From Paraspadella gotoi (taxonomy: Eukaryota; Animalia; Chaetognatha), in the NCBI GenBank assembly GCA_051294375.1, contig CM119264.1, forward strand, positions 8,528,211 through 8,592,210: a stretch of DNA of 64,000 nt, written 5' to 3'. This document shows, in pieces, positions 40,041 through 55,248 of the stretch. The position numbers and the translations under genes were made by a program. The notes under the pieces were generated by a model that ran no database searches, was not told where the DNA came from, and saw only the letters and a program-made list of their open reading frames with translations. Numbering within the stretch: the first letter of the stretch is position 1; every line of letters begins with the position of its first letter.

Positions 40041-40228
40041 CATCCTCATTATTATTTTTTCGTATTTTATTTTTCCTATCCGATGTTTCAATATTTTTAT
40101 ATCTAATTATACAAAATGCTTCCCTCTTCATCCTATTTCCATTCGTCTCAAGTTACCAACATTCTTTTCACTCCTGTCGCAAATCGTCTCTCAAATTCAC
40201 ACAATTTCACCAAAATTAACAGACTGAC

Positions 40229-40386
40229 CATCTTTCCCGTCTTCACGTATCCGGGTTCAGGTCTGTACGCGAGCGGCGAGGGCGTCAAGCTCTTGTCTAG
40301 ATGGGGGTGTTTGCTCGCAAGACTGTACGAAGGAGGCGTTCCCTTCTTGTAGCGATTCATGTCCGAATCAAGATATGTTCCGGGAC
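40229..40386 (-). CDS. ODF3: ODF3-family penultimate exon (GPGTYLDSDMNRYKKGTPPSYSLASKHPHLDKSLTPSPLAYRPEPGYVKTGKM)
   Basis: tcccag acceptor in phase 1; ATG|gtcagt donor in phase 0 joins the APSFSFG exon. GPGxY and PxYSL SHIPPO motifs are present. Broken copies lie near 35555-35765 and 53430-53705. Confidence 0.85.
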
Positions 40387-43300
40387 CTGGGATTAATTTC
40401 AGTTCATGAATTAATCGATTAGATTGCTTTTTTGATTATTTGATTAGTCAGTTTCATCGACTTATTGATTCATTGAGTCATGTATTTTTTGCTTTACTAA
40501 ATCAATTCATTAAATCATTGATTTATTGATTTTTTAATTGATCAATCATAACATCTTTAAATGGATCATTGATTGATTGATTGATCTAGCTTTATCCTCA
40601 CCAGGATTCTTGTTCCTCAACGGGTCAGGATAACGACCTGACAGAATCGCCTCCGGTGACTGAAAAAAAAATTTAAAAAGGGGGAAAACCATTTTTTTTT
40701 AGTTCTAAACTTTAAACAAAAGAAGAGGTTTACGAGAAAAACAAACAAAAAGTCGTCGTCGCTCGGTGTCTCCATAGTCGCCGTCGTCGTCGTCGTCGTC
40801 GTCCGGTTCCCACTCAGTCTCTGTTTCGCTCCGCGTCTCCCTCTCGTTCGCCCTCGGCTTGGAATCAATAATGCAGCGACTTCGCCTACGGTTTGTTTAC
40901 AGAGAATCGATCCCCCTTTCCCTACCCTGTCTCTCTGTCTCTGTCGCTCTCTGAGAAGATATATATTATATTAGAAGAGAGACGAAAAATTTCGGATTGA
41001 GAGTTCGATTTTTGTTTCTGACGAGAGAGAGAGATGATGGGTCTGCAAGACGGCAGCTGCCGAATGGGAGAAGGAGGAGGAGAGGAGGGGAGGGAGAAAG
41101 AGGGATGAGAGGAAGGGACGAAACGATCTATGAGGAGGCGAAGGAGGAGACGATAAGACGCGAGAATATGAGAGGGTAAGTCAGGCGTTCCGAAACTGTT
41201 GAAAAATAAGGGGAAGGTTAGGGTTATCATTAAGCCGGGCGGTTAACGGCTGGTCTCCAGCGTTTGGTAGGCGGGGAGACGGGAGGATGATTGTGGGTTG
41301 ATAGATTAATTAAAAGGGTGGCAGGGGGAAGGGGAGAGGATGTCCCGGCTCGAAGCTCGTATCCGACGTCTATACGTTAACATAACAAAATAAACAAAAA
41401 AAAAAAAAAGCGCGCAAAGAAAAACAAAAAAAACATAGGAAAAAAATTGTTGTTAAATCGAAAATTGGGAGAAGACCCGAATGAAGATAGGGAGAGAGAA
41501 GAGACGATGATACGAGATACTTTCATCCTCTCTCTCTCTCTCTCTCTCTTCCCTCTCTCATCTCTCTTCTCTTCTTCTCTCTCTCTATAGACTACCCCGA
41601 CTGTATACAGTTTGATAATTTTTGTAGGATTGATGCGTTTTAGTATTTATACTTTGTATAACCAAAAAAGCGGTTTGATTGTCACCTTGAATGACTTTTT
41701 CTTGTCATCTAGAACTCGGAGATATTTTTTGAGGATACTCGGCTTGGCCTTTTGAAAGGAACCTTCACTACCAGTTAATTGTTTTTGGTATTTCAGAGAA
41801 TTTCTGGGTACTCATGGTATGAAAATGAATGTTAAATTTTTATTAAACTCCGTACGATAAGAAAAAAGGACTAAAAATATTCGCGGCTATTGGAGATGTT
41901 TAGTATATGAATTGGTAAACCGAAAATAAAGGCAAGCTGGAGATTGAGATTATTTGAACAGATGACGAATTTTCGCCAATGAAAAAAGGCAACCTCCCGG
42001 CGGGATAATCATCCAACTGTTGTCCTCGATGGACGTATAATTTCCTCTTGTAGACGTAAAAGCATTGGATTGGGGAGAGGAGATAAGGTTTGATTTTTTA
42101 AAACGGTGAATGAATTGGCAAGCGGAAGTAATGGATCTCGACGTCAGGAGAAAATAGACCGTAGAGATTTTCTTCTATCAAAGCGATAAAGATTTTGACA
42201 GAAATGGTAAATGAGGATGAGGGATGGATGGAAGAGAAAAGGAATGAGACCTATGAGTTTATATGATATATGGTTACAGATTCAGAGAGTTTTTTACCGG
42301 AAAAAGGTGAAGGGCTTAGTAAAGAAATGCAGGCTGAAAACTGTAAACTTTCATTTTCTCATAATTGTGCAAATAAGCTCAAAGAGCAACGACCCAACGA
42401 GGAGTTTTCTTCTTTTTCAAAGTGATACTAAATCAAATATAGACCACACGATGGGTGATAAGATCAAAAAATAACATTTTTTGTTTTAGTTTTTTTAAAA
42501 ATCATTTGTGGAAAGACGAAACAACCAGGCGAATGTAGGACCGGTTTACGAAATGGTTTTTTAAGAGGGCAGGACATCTGGATTTTTGATTATAACTTTT
42601 AACCAAAAAAAAAAAAAAGCGCAAGAAGATAACTGGTCGTGTATCAGTAGCCAAAAAAAGACAGAAAAGTATTAGACCAACGATTTCGTGCCAGGGGGAT
42701 TGAAGAACGAGAGAGAAAGAAAAAGAGAGGAGAGGAGTAGAGAAAGAGAAGGAACAAGAAAGAGAAAAAAAAAATTGAAAAAATGAAAAAAAGAGAAAAG
42801 AAAAAGGGAAAATGGAATGAAATAAGAGAAGAAAGATATAGGAACAAAGAAAGAAGAAGAGAGTATAACAAAAGGAACACGGAGAAGGAAGAGAAAGAAA
42901 AGAGAAGAAGAAGAAAAGTAATAAAGAGTAGGAGGGAGAATGAAAGCAAGACAGAAAGAAAGAATGGAAAGAAAGATATAAGAGCGAAGGATGAATATGA
43001 TGACAGGAAGAGGAAAAGAAAAAAAAAAAGAGAGAGAACGAATTAAACGACAACCAGAAGAAAGAAAGAGAAGAAAAGGAAAGAATGAGAAGAGAAGAAG
43101 AGGAGGGACGAAGAGAGGAGAGAGCGAGAGAGGAGAAGACGGGGGAAGAGAGAGGGAGGAGGAGAGAGATGGGGATTAGAAAGGTTTTCGACTTTATGGC
43201 TTCAAAGGAATCAAGAAGGATTTTAAGAAAATACGCCTAATGTGAAACTGTTGGTGCGACGAGTTCCGTGCAGAACGTCGCGGTTGGTGCCCGAGTAGTT

Positions 43301-46300
43301 GAGAGTAGGAGTTAGCGAAGGGAGATATGGGAGAGTGGGGGAGAGGATGCAAAGAGATCATTCTCAGGTCGGCAACGCGAAAAAAGTCTGTGAGGCAGAA
43401 GTGAGGGGAATGTGGCGAAGTCAGCAAGTGGGAGTGACAGGTTTGGGAGACCCGGCGTTGGGCGCAGAGGAGAAAAGAAGAAACTCGGAGCGATTTAATG
43501 AGGTGGACGGTTGCGCGATGGAGTGTGGCAGATGGTTGCAGGACAGTTAAGAAATGAAGACAAGATACGAGGCATATCGCCAGGGAGAGGTCGCTATAGG
43601 GCGATGGGAGAGCCACGTCTATGGTTGGCAAAATGGGTTTCTACCGAGTTGAAAAAGACCGTTTTTTCGTAATACACAAGTTTAACCTCGCGATATTTAA
43701 ACAGATTGAGATACAAACGTAATAAAACAACAATTATAAAAATATACAGAAGTTATCAGCGTCTGGAATAGGACTAAGATTTTGTTGCCATAATATGCTT
43801 TACTGCATTTCATTTCGAACTTGCGGTTAGCTTTTCAAGCATTAACGGAACATCAAAATTCATGTTAAAACTACCAAGGAATGAAACATAATCTCTTATT
43901 TTTAAGCCCAAAGATATCTTGTCTCAATATTTTTTTCTAAACTCAGGACCTTTTATTCACACAATACCGTATTTATTCCAATATCTCGTTGACTGAATTA
44001 CGGTTACCAACTGATACGACCAGGTTATGTATCGAAACAATGTCTCCACTTCTCTTTCTCGGAATCTGACTTCATTTCGCCTCAAGCCAACGCGTCCACA
44101 CTCTCAGAATGACCGACTTTCAGAGCCGCTCATCTCTTGCCCGCCGTGCTCAACGCACGTCTCCGCTCTATAACTCCCCCTCGCGCCGTCGTTCAAAATC
44201 GCAATTATCTTGGTTTTTTCTGTTTTCTAGTCCAAGAAGATTCCAGATCCTTCGAGGCAAAAGCAGATCTGCCAGCTCTTTTTTTTTTCTTCCCGGATGA
44301 TTCCGAAAAGCCTCGAGGGAACTGAACAGGCGAAGGGACCGGAGAAGTGAAGGTGAGCTCGGGGAGGGGAGAAGGTAGATCTTGAGAGTCGCGACGTCGG
44401 AGATGACGAGATATACGGGTGGGATGTGATATAAGTCAAAGAGTGGAAGGAACGAACTTATGGTGTGAGGAAGTTATTTATGAGGTGGGGGCGAAATATC
44501 AGAACGAATGGATTAGATTTTCGACGAAAAATATGACAAGAAGAACAAAGAGGGGTGCGAATAATGGACGGAACGGTAAACTGTTGAATTGCGGGAAGGA
44601 CCGATGACGAAGGCGGACGGAGAAAAAGGTAGGTATGACAGTGACGTAGGTTGATATTTGTTGAAGGTAATTAAGAAAGTTTCTTAACTTAATGATAAAA
44701 ACTTAAATTTAATGTGCACGGTTATGAACGACGGAACCCGAACGATGTCCTGACGCTCAATCACTACGAAGCCAAGACTGGTGATCGAAGTCAGGATCAC
44801 GGGTTTGAATTAAATGAAATAAAAAAATAAAAATTAGATTAAACAAGAAGATTTAACAGTCGATTTTGGTCGACGAAGTTGATTAAAGAAAAGGATAAAG
44901 ACGCAGCAGATGTCCTTTCTGTTTTAGTCTGCAGCCAGAACGGGACTAGTAAGCTTGACGGAAGAGCAAAACTCTATAAGTCATTTCTCGAGTAGGGGTC
45001 TGTGGTACGGTGATCTAGTCGATGAGTCCTTGGTCATCGGTTGGTCCGAACTTACAGGTTAAACAATTAAACACAATGGAAAAAGTGAACGTGGAGCAGA
45101 GAAGAAGACGAGGGATCTACTGAGATGATTTTAGATCCTAGTTGGAATTAAAATGTTATAGGAGCCAAGATTACAATTTGATCAGCGAGATTTTAGCCAG
45201 GGGTAAATATGGGTGACCGATGAATTTAACTACCTGGACATATCTGCTATCTGGACATAACTTGACCCGAAGATCAAGCAAAAAAAGCTAACGAGATCAA
45301 AATGAGTAAAAAAGAAATATGAATGCATAATTTATAGCTCGAAACGGCTCTTACAATAATTAAGGACATGTGTATAAATGGCAAAAGAAAATATTGGAAA
45401 CTATTATTTAAAACAAACTATTTAACAGATAACCTAATAGACTACGAGGGGCTAGTATGAATGATATTTTCACCATGTACATTTCCTAAATTATATAATT
45501 GAATAGCTGTTGTGGTAATTAGTCAATTAATCTAAAATAACAAGTTCATGGACGAAATTCATTTTCAATTTCCTTTACTAATAGGAATTGGGAAAGGTTT
45601 TCTCGTGAGTCTTACTCGCACTTGGATGGTCTAATATTTTATATTTACAAGGTGAGTAGGTTTCAGAAAAACCGGTTATATAAGTATACTATATTTTTCA
45701 CTATTTTTGTAATTCTTTCAAGACCAAAAACAACATCAGTAAAATTTAATTAAAAACATGTTTAAATTATAAATAAAGAAATTGATGGAATGATTTTTGG
45801 CGAAAAAAAATATTTTGAAACTTTAAGGAATAAGTGAATTATGAGGGTCAAGGGGCGAAAAGAAAATGTGTGCAATTCTAAAAAAATGGAGCGGGTGCGA
45901 GGCGACTTCGATGTTGTATCTACGATGGCTTGATTGTTGTTGTGGTGTATTGTTTTTGAATATGGTTTAGATTTTCTGATGCAAGAAAACCATTGGATTC
46001 TACAAATGAGTCAGTGGGTCCAGGGATAATAAATTTTTGTCCAACAATTTAAAAAAAAAAATGTGGGTATCAACTTTATAATTAGGGCTTTGTATTGAGG
46101 AGACGAATACACGCCGGGCAAAGAAATTAATAGAGAGAGGTGTAAATAAGTTAGAAAGTAAAGTTATAATACGGATGCATACATCTGAGAGGAAAGTGAT
46201 ATGGTCTCAATAAATGACCAGAAAAAAATTTCTTGCAAGTCTTATTTTTAGAAGAGTATAGTATGTGTGACGCAGACAGAAATAGAGTGAGATATCCCGC

Positions 46301-49300
46301 TTTGCCGAAATTGTTTTTATAAGCAAAGATTTTAAACTTTTAATTTTATTTAATAACTTTGGAAGAAGAAAGCCACAGCTAATAACGAGACAGCGAAGGC
46401 GGGTGCAATGGTGGGATGTGAGATGGGTATACAAATTAAAAGCCCTAATCATAGGACACTTTTAAGGAGTTATGAAATTAATCCAGTAAATCTTTACACA
46501 GCTTTGTTTAAACTCAGGAAGTAAAAGAGGTATAACAGTTTTTGCTTTTCAAAATTTCGTTGAAGACATATGAAATTTTTTCTCTTTTCTTTTAAAGAGA
46601 AATTGATGTTAGACAACGATTTTATTATTAAGATCTGACAACTGGTTTCGATCTAGAGATTTATCGGAAGTAGTTTTCATCACGCGCTTTGTGTAGATCT
46701 TTAGAAACTACATCAGAAATAAGGACACAACTGAATTACATATATTTTTTACTTATTAAATTTTTTTTATCGCCTTAAAAATGCTTATGATTTACAGTTA
46801 AGAGTTAAATAAACAAGAAAAATCTTTAAATGTGTATTTGACCATATAAATTATATAGTTTAAATATAAGACATGAGTATCACGAATACAAGAAAACTGA
46901 TTTTACGGCTTGATGGTATAAACTGTCTGGAATCTTACCTTTTTGTTCATCTGATTTAAGAAAAATAAAAAATCGATGCTTTTTCCTATCGTATTAAAAC
47001 TGGCAAACTAAAAAGCTTGACACACGTGCCGCGTTGTTATCGTATTAGAAGAGAGAAGTTGGTAAAACGAATAAAAAGACAAAATAATGATAGCTACGAA
47101 AATATTGAAAAGCCAAAAATCATGTATTAATTTGAATATTGATAATTTTTTTTTAAAAATGATAGCCGAGGCCAATTTAATTTTATTATTTTCATCCATT
47201 GTTAAGTTGAAGAAAAAATATTTGCTGTAATAGCATTGAAGGGTTCATTGAAGCTGACTTAATTGATGAAATTTTTTAGATTTTTCTGCCCCCATTTCAC
47301 AAGGAATATTTAAAAGTCATGGCTTATCTGTCCAGTATAAGAGTCACAACGTAGTTATTGTACCTTTCTGCAACCATGCTTCCACATGTTTCTTTTATTG
47401 TCGCCTTTCAATGTATTAAATTAAAAAATAAATTTGTGACGAACATCGGGCGTAGTAAGAGTAGAATGCCATAGGTCGTAAAGCTTACTGTATAACAACC
47501 TCACTTCCGGACTCGAAATATAATTCATGCAAGAGGTCGTTCATTGGCATCTATATTAGAGAACCTTAACTCTACATCTATTCATCTAATTTCTTTAGTT
47601 CGATTTACTGATGACAGAGCTGCATATCGTATCAGAACTATGGACATAGTAACCTTTAATGCTTAATAAAGAAATTTATCATATCCTTCACCACGTCTAT
47701 TCAGTGGTAATAACATAAATCAACATAATACAAAAAAAGATTTGCATTGAGGATCATTCGCTTGGAGGTATCAAATAGGCATATGAAATAACTAGTATGA
47801 AAAGCGTTTCAAAAACCGGATAATCCACAAAAAGGAACCAATATAAAATATTGCAAACGCAGTAAATCATTGTTGTTCTTATTAGCACGCGGGCCACAAC
47901 AAAGCGAAGGTAAACTGATCTAATCGGATCGCCCCGATTATACACTGTAGGTATTAAGCCCGGAAACCAACTACGCCCAGCCCCGAGGATCGCAATATGG
48001 AATAATTTGAGGGCTGAGAACAGCGTTCATCTTATATGTGAAGAATTCTTGATGAGTGCCCTGTAATGTCCACTATTACGCGCGCCACCGCCTCGATGGC
48101 GTGTGAGGCCATCTAAAAGCAGCACCCCAACCGGCGACGGATGCCATCGACGCACGGGGGCGTAGCGAAGAAGAGAAATAATATGGAGGCTTAAAATCTA
48201 AAAGGTGGACCTGGAGTCCGAGTACCGCAGAGCGTAGTCAGAAAAAGAGAGACGAGAGGACAGGATTCCTAGAGGAAAGATTTGAGAGAGAAAGGATGGA
48301 ATGAATATGCATGTCATAATGAATAAGTAATCAGGCAAAAAAAAAAGTAGGTTAGTGTATAGCGTGACATTATTGTGAAATTATCATGTAGGATTGGGAT
48401 GCATATTACATAGGTGGATCAGAAAAGGGGAAAATACACATTGGAAGAAAGTAAAGCAGAGAGTCACTGGAGCAAGAAGACGACAAAAGAGGACAAGAAC
48501 ATATAGAAGGATTAAAGCAAAGCAGAGGTTTTTGGTTTATGATTGCAGCAAAAGGGAGAATTTCTCTTAAAAAGAAGTGTAATCTTCCAGATTAGATAGG
48601 AAGTAGAACCTATTTCTGTCAAAATATAAATGCACAAACGAAAGAGAAGAGTCGTCTGCTTTTAGTAACGAACGGACGGTTAACCATTCAACCTAGAGAA
48701 GGAAAGCAGAAGCAATAGTATCATACGGGTCATTCAATTCGTAGGGAATTTGCCCGGCGAGTATATTCTCTTCCGGTCGACAGTATTCGCCCGGGATGGG
48801 AAGACAACGACCTTTTACGAAGGATCGGAGCGCGCCTTCGATTTTCAATTACCGAAGAGAATGAGAAAGGAAAGAGGGATTGAGAGAGAGCGAGAGGAGA
48901 GTATGGCGGGGGGCGGTTTATGGATTAAAGCCTCCACTTTCATAGAAAGAATTATAGGAAAGATGGAAGCGATTGTTAAGGGTTTTATTCTCTTAATGGA
49001 ATGTTAAGGACCCGAAAAAAAACAAAAAGATGGTTAAGATCGATTCTTGTGAGATAGAGGAAGAGAGAGGAGAAGGAGATGAGAGAGAGAGGAGAGAGAA
49101 AGAGAGAGAGACTGAAAGTGAAGTGAGGACGACGCAGGTGGAAGAGAGAGAGAGAGAGAAGGAGAAGAGAATCACGTGCTGCGAGGATGTAGTATGAAGA
49201 TGGCTGACGAAGGGTGATGGTGGGTGATGTGTAAAGACCGCGGAGGAGGCATATGGATCTCGCTAGAGGAGAAACATAGCCTGCGGGGGTTGGTAGATAT

Positions 49301-52300
49301 CACTCCTCGGGGCCCTGACGAACTGGTGTGAGCGTGTGTGACCGATCCTGCATGGTCAGAGGCCGCTCGTCTGACGAATTCGTCATCAGGTCTGCGATGC
49401 CGCCGCACGCAGCCACCGGAAGGTCGGATTATCAAATTGTGCGAGCTCAGCAGTGCAAGCAGGAGAGTGGAGAGGAGAGATGAGAGAGGGTTGGGAGAGG
49501 GTTACAGTGGAACGCAATGGGGTCGGGTCCGGGTGAAGATGTGTGATGGGATGGAGGAGAGAGGAGGGGAGTGAGGAAGTGAAACAGGAGAGAGAGAAGG
49601 AGAGGAGAGCAGATGTGATCGAGAGAAGAGAGAGAGAGAGAGAGAGTGGCGAAAAAGCCCCGACCACTCAGCCCCGGTGGCGGAGAAGTCGTAGACCCCT
49701 CCACCGACGAATGGGCCCCAGATCCGCAGACAGATGAAGGGTATGATTATTAATGTAAAATTGGAGGCCCCCGAAGATTCCGCGGCCTTCGATGGCACTC
49801 CCCCCCCCTCATCTCCCCCCTCTTCCCCTTTCCCGAAATAGCCTGATCGAAGGAGAAGAATGTTTTTAGAAGTGAGAGGAAGAGAGGGAGAGAATTTGGA
49901 GAGGATGAAGAGAGATAGGAGAAATTGAGAGTGGGAGGCGGTAAAGGGGGTGTTTAGGGTGCGGAGGGATTTGATGGTTCTAAAAGGGGTGTGAACGGTG
50001 TGGGGGGTACAAATGAATGGAAGAACAGAATAGAAAGAGAGGGAAGATGATGACTGAGTATAGAGCAAAACAAAAAGAGGGGAGTCAGCATTTCTATGTA
50101 TAAATCCCCCAAAACAATTCATTACACTCTTACAGTGAACCGTCCTATCATCTCTTTCTTCCTCCTTAACTTCTGTGTCTTGCAGTGTTGCGCTCTCTGC
50201 TCGCTCCTCTCTCTCCTTCCGTGCACATTCCTCCTTCTATTTCTATCAGCTTTCATTTCTCCTTCCTCCCCTTTGCTTCATCACGATTATCGCACCCCTG
50301 AATTAATGACATTACGGTAGAATACATAGTTGACCTAAAACATATATGAGAAAGGTGTTAGTGTGGTGTTTGATGCAGCGCTCTCAGGCTATTTATTTTA
50401 CGGTGATATTGAGGTATTAGTGGCAATCGATAGTGTCATTCCATAGAAAAAGTCCGTCCCATTTTCTGCTCCTGATTCCTTATAGTTGTTCGGAATTCCT
50501 GTAAGAGGATCCGGTCGTGCGTGCGGAGCGCAGCTCTCAGAGGTGTTGAACCCGTTTTTTCTTCCTCTGTTTCCACTTCATACTCCCAAGGGCCAACTAA
50601 AAAGCAACCCGAGATAGGTGAGGCGTAAAATTTATATGGCAAATGAGATTTCTGGTGTGGCTTTCCCGGGTAAAACTAAGTGCCGGCTCCCTGGCCGCAT
50701 CAGATCTCGAACGGCGAGCGCGTCAGGACTGACACCCAGTCCGACAGATGCGCGGACCGAGCGCGAAATGCTGACTGGTTGTGACCTCCGCTTAGTACTC
50801 GCGGACCAGCACGCCAACCTTAAAAACTTAATAGGCTTTAAACAATTGCTTTCTAGCCGAGATCTCGCTCTCGTGGAGCTGTCTGTCTCAAAGACTCTGT
50901 AAAGTGGCAACCGAATAGGAGTCGTTACGGGCACGAGCGGTGCCGCGCGTCCCACTCTCCTCTATGACTCGGCTCCTCCTCGAGAGGCGCCAGCGTTTGA
51001 CCACGGATCTCAAAGACTATTGGTTAAAGGGTTCCCGCTAGCGGAGACTATTGTAAAACTTACGTGTTAAAGTATGTTAAACATGTTTCTTAGCAGAGCG
51101 AGAGGACTAGTAGTGCCGTGGGGTACAGAATTTTCCTTTATTATAGATGCAAATTTTTTTTTTATGTGCTTACTTTTCCGGGTTCTCTGTTAGGTTAGCG
51201 GTAGACATCTTAAAACTCAGGTGTCTGTGAAAACCAACAAAAAGGTTTTGAAAGAAAATAGACCAAGTTTAGTAGTGAAAATTAAATGCGAGAGAGGGAT
51301 CGAGCAAATAAGCGAGCACAAAATATTTTCTCTACTCAGGTTCATACAGGACCTATGTTCCGGTTTGAACGGCGAGTGCAAATTGCTCATAATACTCGCC
51401 CAGATACTCGTTTGAGCGGTTATACCCCTGGTTTCTTCTTCGGTTTGTTATGGTCCATATCCGTGATCGTGCTCTCGCTACTCCTCTTGCTCTCTATCTC
51501 CGTACTTTGCTGCTCTCTCTCTGGTCTTCCCTACTCTCGGGCTAAGTCCTGGGAATAACAACAGGAAACAGTTTGGGGCGGGCGTGATTTTAGGTGGAGT
51601 AGCAAAAGGAGCTTTTCAGTCAAGGTCAGAGATACTCTCGGGACGGCAGATTAGAAATATCACAGAATACACAAATACTCGAACTATCGAAGGAAACAGA
51701 ATCGAAAATTATAGACTATTAATATATTAGTGCCAGGGTCGGCAATATCAATACGGGTCCGAATTTCTTTTTCCAGGGGCCTTTCCATTAAGGCGATTGC
51801 GTATTTAATCCGCACCCAACCCTGTTCTCTGTAAGGTCTATCTCTTATGAAATTGGCTAACATACTTCAAACTCACTTGTGAGGTGTAAAAAAATCTGTC
51901 CTCGCTTTAAAAATTGATCCCAAAACATCCTTCCGTTTTCGGATTCGCCCCATTACCTGTGAATTGCTCTTTCCGTAGTCCGAGGTGTTCTCCTGCTGTC
52001 CTATGTCATTACCTTCCTCCCCGTAAAGAGCAAAAAAGTATGATTTTACAGACAATATAAGGTCAATAGTGTAGCAGCATCGTAACTAAGGAAAAGAACT
52101 GAATAACTCCGGTTTATCTTACTCTTGGTTTCTCAACTCTCTCTTGTTACATCTAAGATTATTCCTTCCTCTGCTCGTCACTCGCTACCTTTGCGTCCTT
52201 GCAATCTCCGTGAAAATATAGATTCCGACACCCTAGACAGATAATCTCTCATCAGCTCGATTTTTGATTCTCGGATCGTATCGCCGGTATCTCTCTTCTT

Positions 52301-55188
52301 CCTCGTGCCAGCCCCGATGAGAGCGAGTAGTCACTGGAGACGATTCTGTCTGACATGGCTACGGAGGATGGAGCGCAGAGTTCCGATAGCTCGTGCGTGC
52401 TTGTATAGGTGAAGATTCACATTGTTTCTATTAATTTGTGAGAAACTCTATTCGGATTGAAGAATACGAGATTATAAATTTGTGTTTTCCAGAACGGTGT
52501 TGGCCTGCTATGATGGGCGGCCACTTATATATGAGTTGTAGTTGCTATTTTACGTTCACTGCGCACACTTGTAGATTCAGGCGCTATTTTGCATGGTGTT
52601 TTTTCCTCTGAAAATCGTTGATATTTCATTTTTTCATTTTTTCTCGCTTTTGTGGTTCGTGGATTTGGTTCGGTGTTAGTGGTGGCATATATATTAGGTT
52701 ACCATCACCTTCGGCTCCTCATTCTCTTGCACCGTCGACATTTGCCCTTGCTTTGGTGACGCGCACACTGTTTTCTTTCCCTCGCAAAGTATTTGATTCC
52801 CGCGGAAGTATGATGTATATAACGTGTAGAGGTTTATGAACGAGCTGCTCGGTACTCACTCCATTAAATAATTTTTCTTGCTTTCCAGTTTTTTCCTCAT
52901 TAATCTCATATTTTTTCTCGGGTTCACATTTATTTAATATTTAATACATTGTTATTAATATTTAAACTATATCTGGATAATATTTAATACTTTGCAATAT
53001 GTAATAATTGTAAAAAATATATTGAAATAGATGATTAAGATAGTTTATGTAAGTGTTAATCGGATCTCTCCGGAATTTATTATTCATTCTCATGTTCGTA
53101 CATTTCTTATCTTATTGGTTTTTTCGCTCCTACTGCCACCTCTCCTCCTCGGGATGTTGGTTCTAAATAATAAAATATACTTTGAAATGATATAATTAAA
53201 ATAGATTACTCGGGAGGCGAATAGAAGATTAAAATACCAACTTCGTATCTTGTTATCCGGTCTATTAGTCCACTCCTCTTCGATACTCGTCATTCATTTC
53301 ATCGGTAGTCCGCGAAAACATAACATGACACATGAAATTTACTCTTTGTTCCACTCCGGGAGGTCAGCGCCCATCGCCCACATTCGATCGTGCTTTCAAA
53401 TTTCTCACAAATTTCACACCAAAATATAACAGACGTGAAACAGCGGAGGTTTTTCCTTTTCTTCTCCCGTCTTCTACGCACCGTATCCACGGCCGCTCAA
53501 GGTCTTGGTACGCGATCGGCATCCGCTGAAGGGGCGCGTCAAGCTCTTGTCTAAAGATAGCTTTCTCAATGGGCGCGAATCAAAGCTTGCTAAAGAGGCG
53601 CGTGTTTGCTTCGCAAGACTGTTACGAAGGGAGGCGCGTTCCCTTCTTGTTAGCCGATTTTCATGCTCGCTCGATCAAGATCAATGTTTCAACGGCGGAG
53701 ACCTGAAGGGAAGTATAATGGGTTTCAGTTCAGATGTGGCAACATTTAATCGCATTAGATTTGCACGGATTTGTGGGTATGATTAATGCTTGAAAATTAG
53801 TTCATCGGAGTTAAATACCGAAGGTACGAGAACTTATTAGAGATTAATAATTAAGATCGGAGGAAGGATTGCAGAGGAGAGTCATCTGAGTATTTTTATC
53901 CTTGCGTTTATTACTCAAAATCGAAAATTTTTCAAATTAAATCATTTTTGATCAGTTATTGCAATTTTTTTAATTTTGAATCAATGCATAACATCTTTAA
54001 ATGGATCTCATTGATATGAATTGATTCGATTTAGTGATTTATCCTCAGACCAGAGGAGGAAGATTTGGTGGTATAGATTACGCATCAGACCGGGAGGCAA
54101 GTAGAGAATAATATCAAGAACAATACAACGGCATCCATTGAGCATGAAGAAATCGAATGACAGGCCTTCACCTCTCCGTCATGTTGAACATGGGAAACCG
54201 CGAAAAAGATCATGTTTGTGAAACATAAGGTGCGGTAACCCACCGCCGAGAAAGTTTTTCATGACCATATTTTTTTGTAGCGTTCTTTCCTAAACCTCTT
54301 GTTTTAAACAAATCTCCCGTGCCATACCGCAGCTTTACCCCTCAGATTCTTCGATCGAAAACTAACACCTCTAAACAAAAATAAGTCCTCCGTTTCGTTC
54401 TTCGCTCGCTCTCCTCTCTTCTCTCTCTCTCTCCTCTCATCTCTCATCTTCGGTATATGTCTCTCTCTCCCCCCGCATTCCTCCTTCCCGTTATTATAAA
54501 GGTTTCGATCTTGTGCCTGTCTGCAAGGCCCCGATCGCCTCGGCCCGTCCATAAGTTGCGCCGTCGTGGGGTTGTCGTTTCCGAATACAGTCATTGAGAT
54601 CTGTTGCCGGCTTCTCTCACTTCGAGTCCTTCTGCTTTCTCTCGTCGCACTGCCGCGTGCCGGTCTCCAGACCTCCCTTAAGTCCTTCGTGTACCTCGGC
54701 GCTCGACGCACCGGAATCCCGCGGTGAAAACTATGTCGGCAACCGAATCTGAAAGGTAATAAGTGAATCATCGCCCGCGAGGAATGCGGAAGCTTTCCGG
54801 ACCACCGCGGATCACCCCCATAACTTGAGGGTTATGATTTACAGAGAACTCGATCGCGACTCCCCCGTTTCACCTAACCTTTTCCTCTGCTGTCTTTCTG
54901 TCGCATCTTGCTCGTCTCGTTTTGTCTCTGTCGTCATTTACTTCATGTCTCCTCTCTCTCATCCATACTCTCGGTCTCGTGGCCCCCTCATCCTCATCTC
55001 TCATACTTCTCTCCTACTATCATTGACTCCTCGGCTCTCTCTCCTCTCTCTCGTCTCTCTCTTCTCTCTCGTTCTTCTTCCCTCAATCTCCATTCCGGAT
55101 CCGTCTCGCCATTCCACTCATNNNNNNNNNNNNNNNNNNNNNNNNNTCTTGCTTCTTGTCTTCTTTATTTGTATCCTCTTCTCTCTCT

Positions 55189-55248
<60 letters not shown>

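Noticed and set aside
42200-52800. Short ORFs and apparent unique sequence in this interval
   Set aside because: There are no recognisable motifs, and the interval lies within the error-rich gap-fill region, so base-level interpretation is unsafe.
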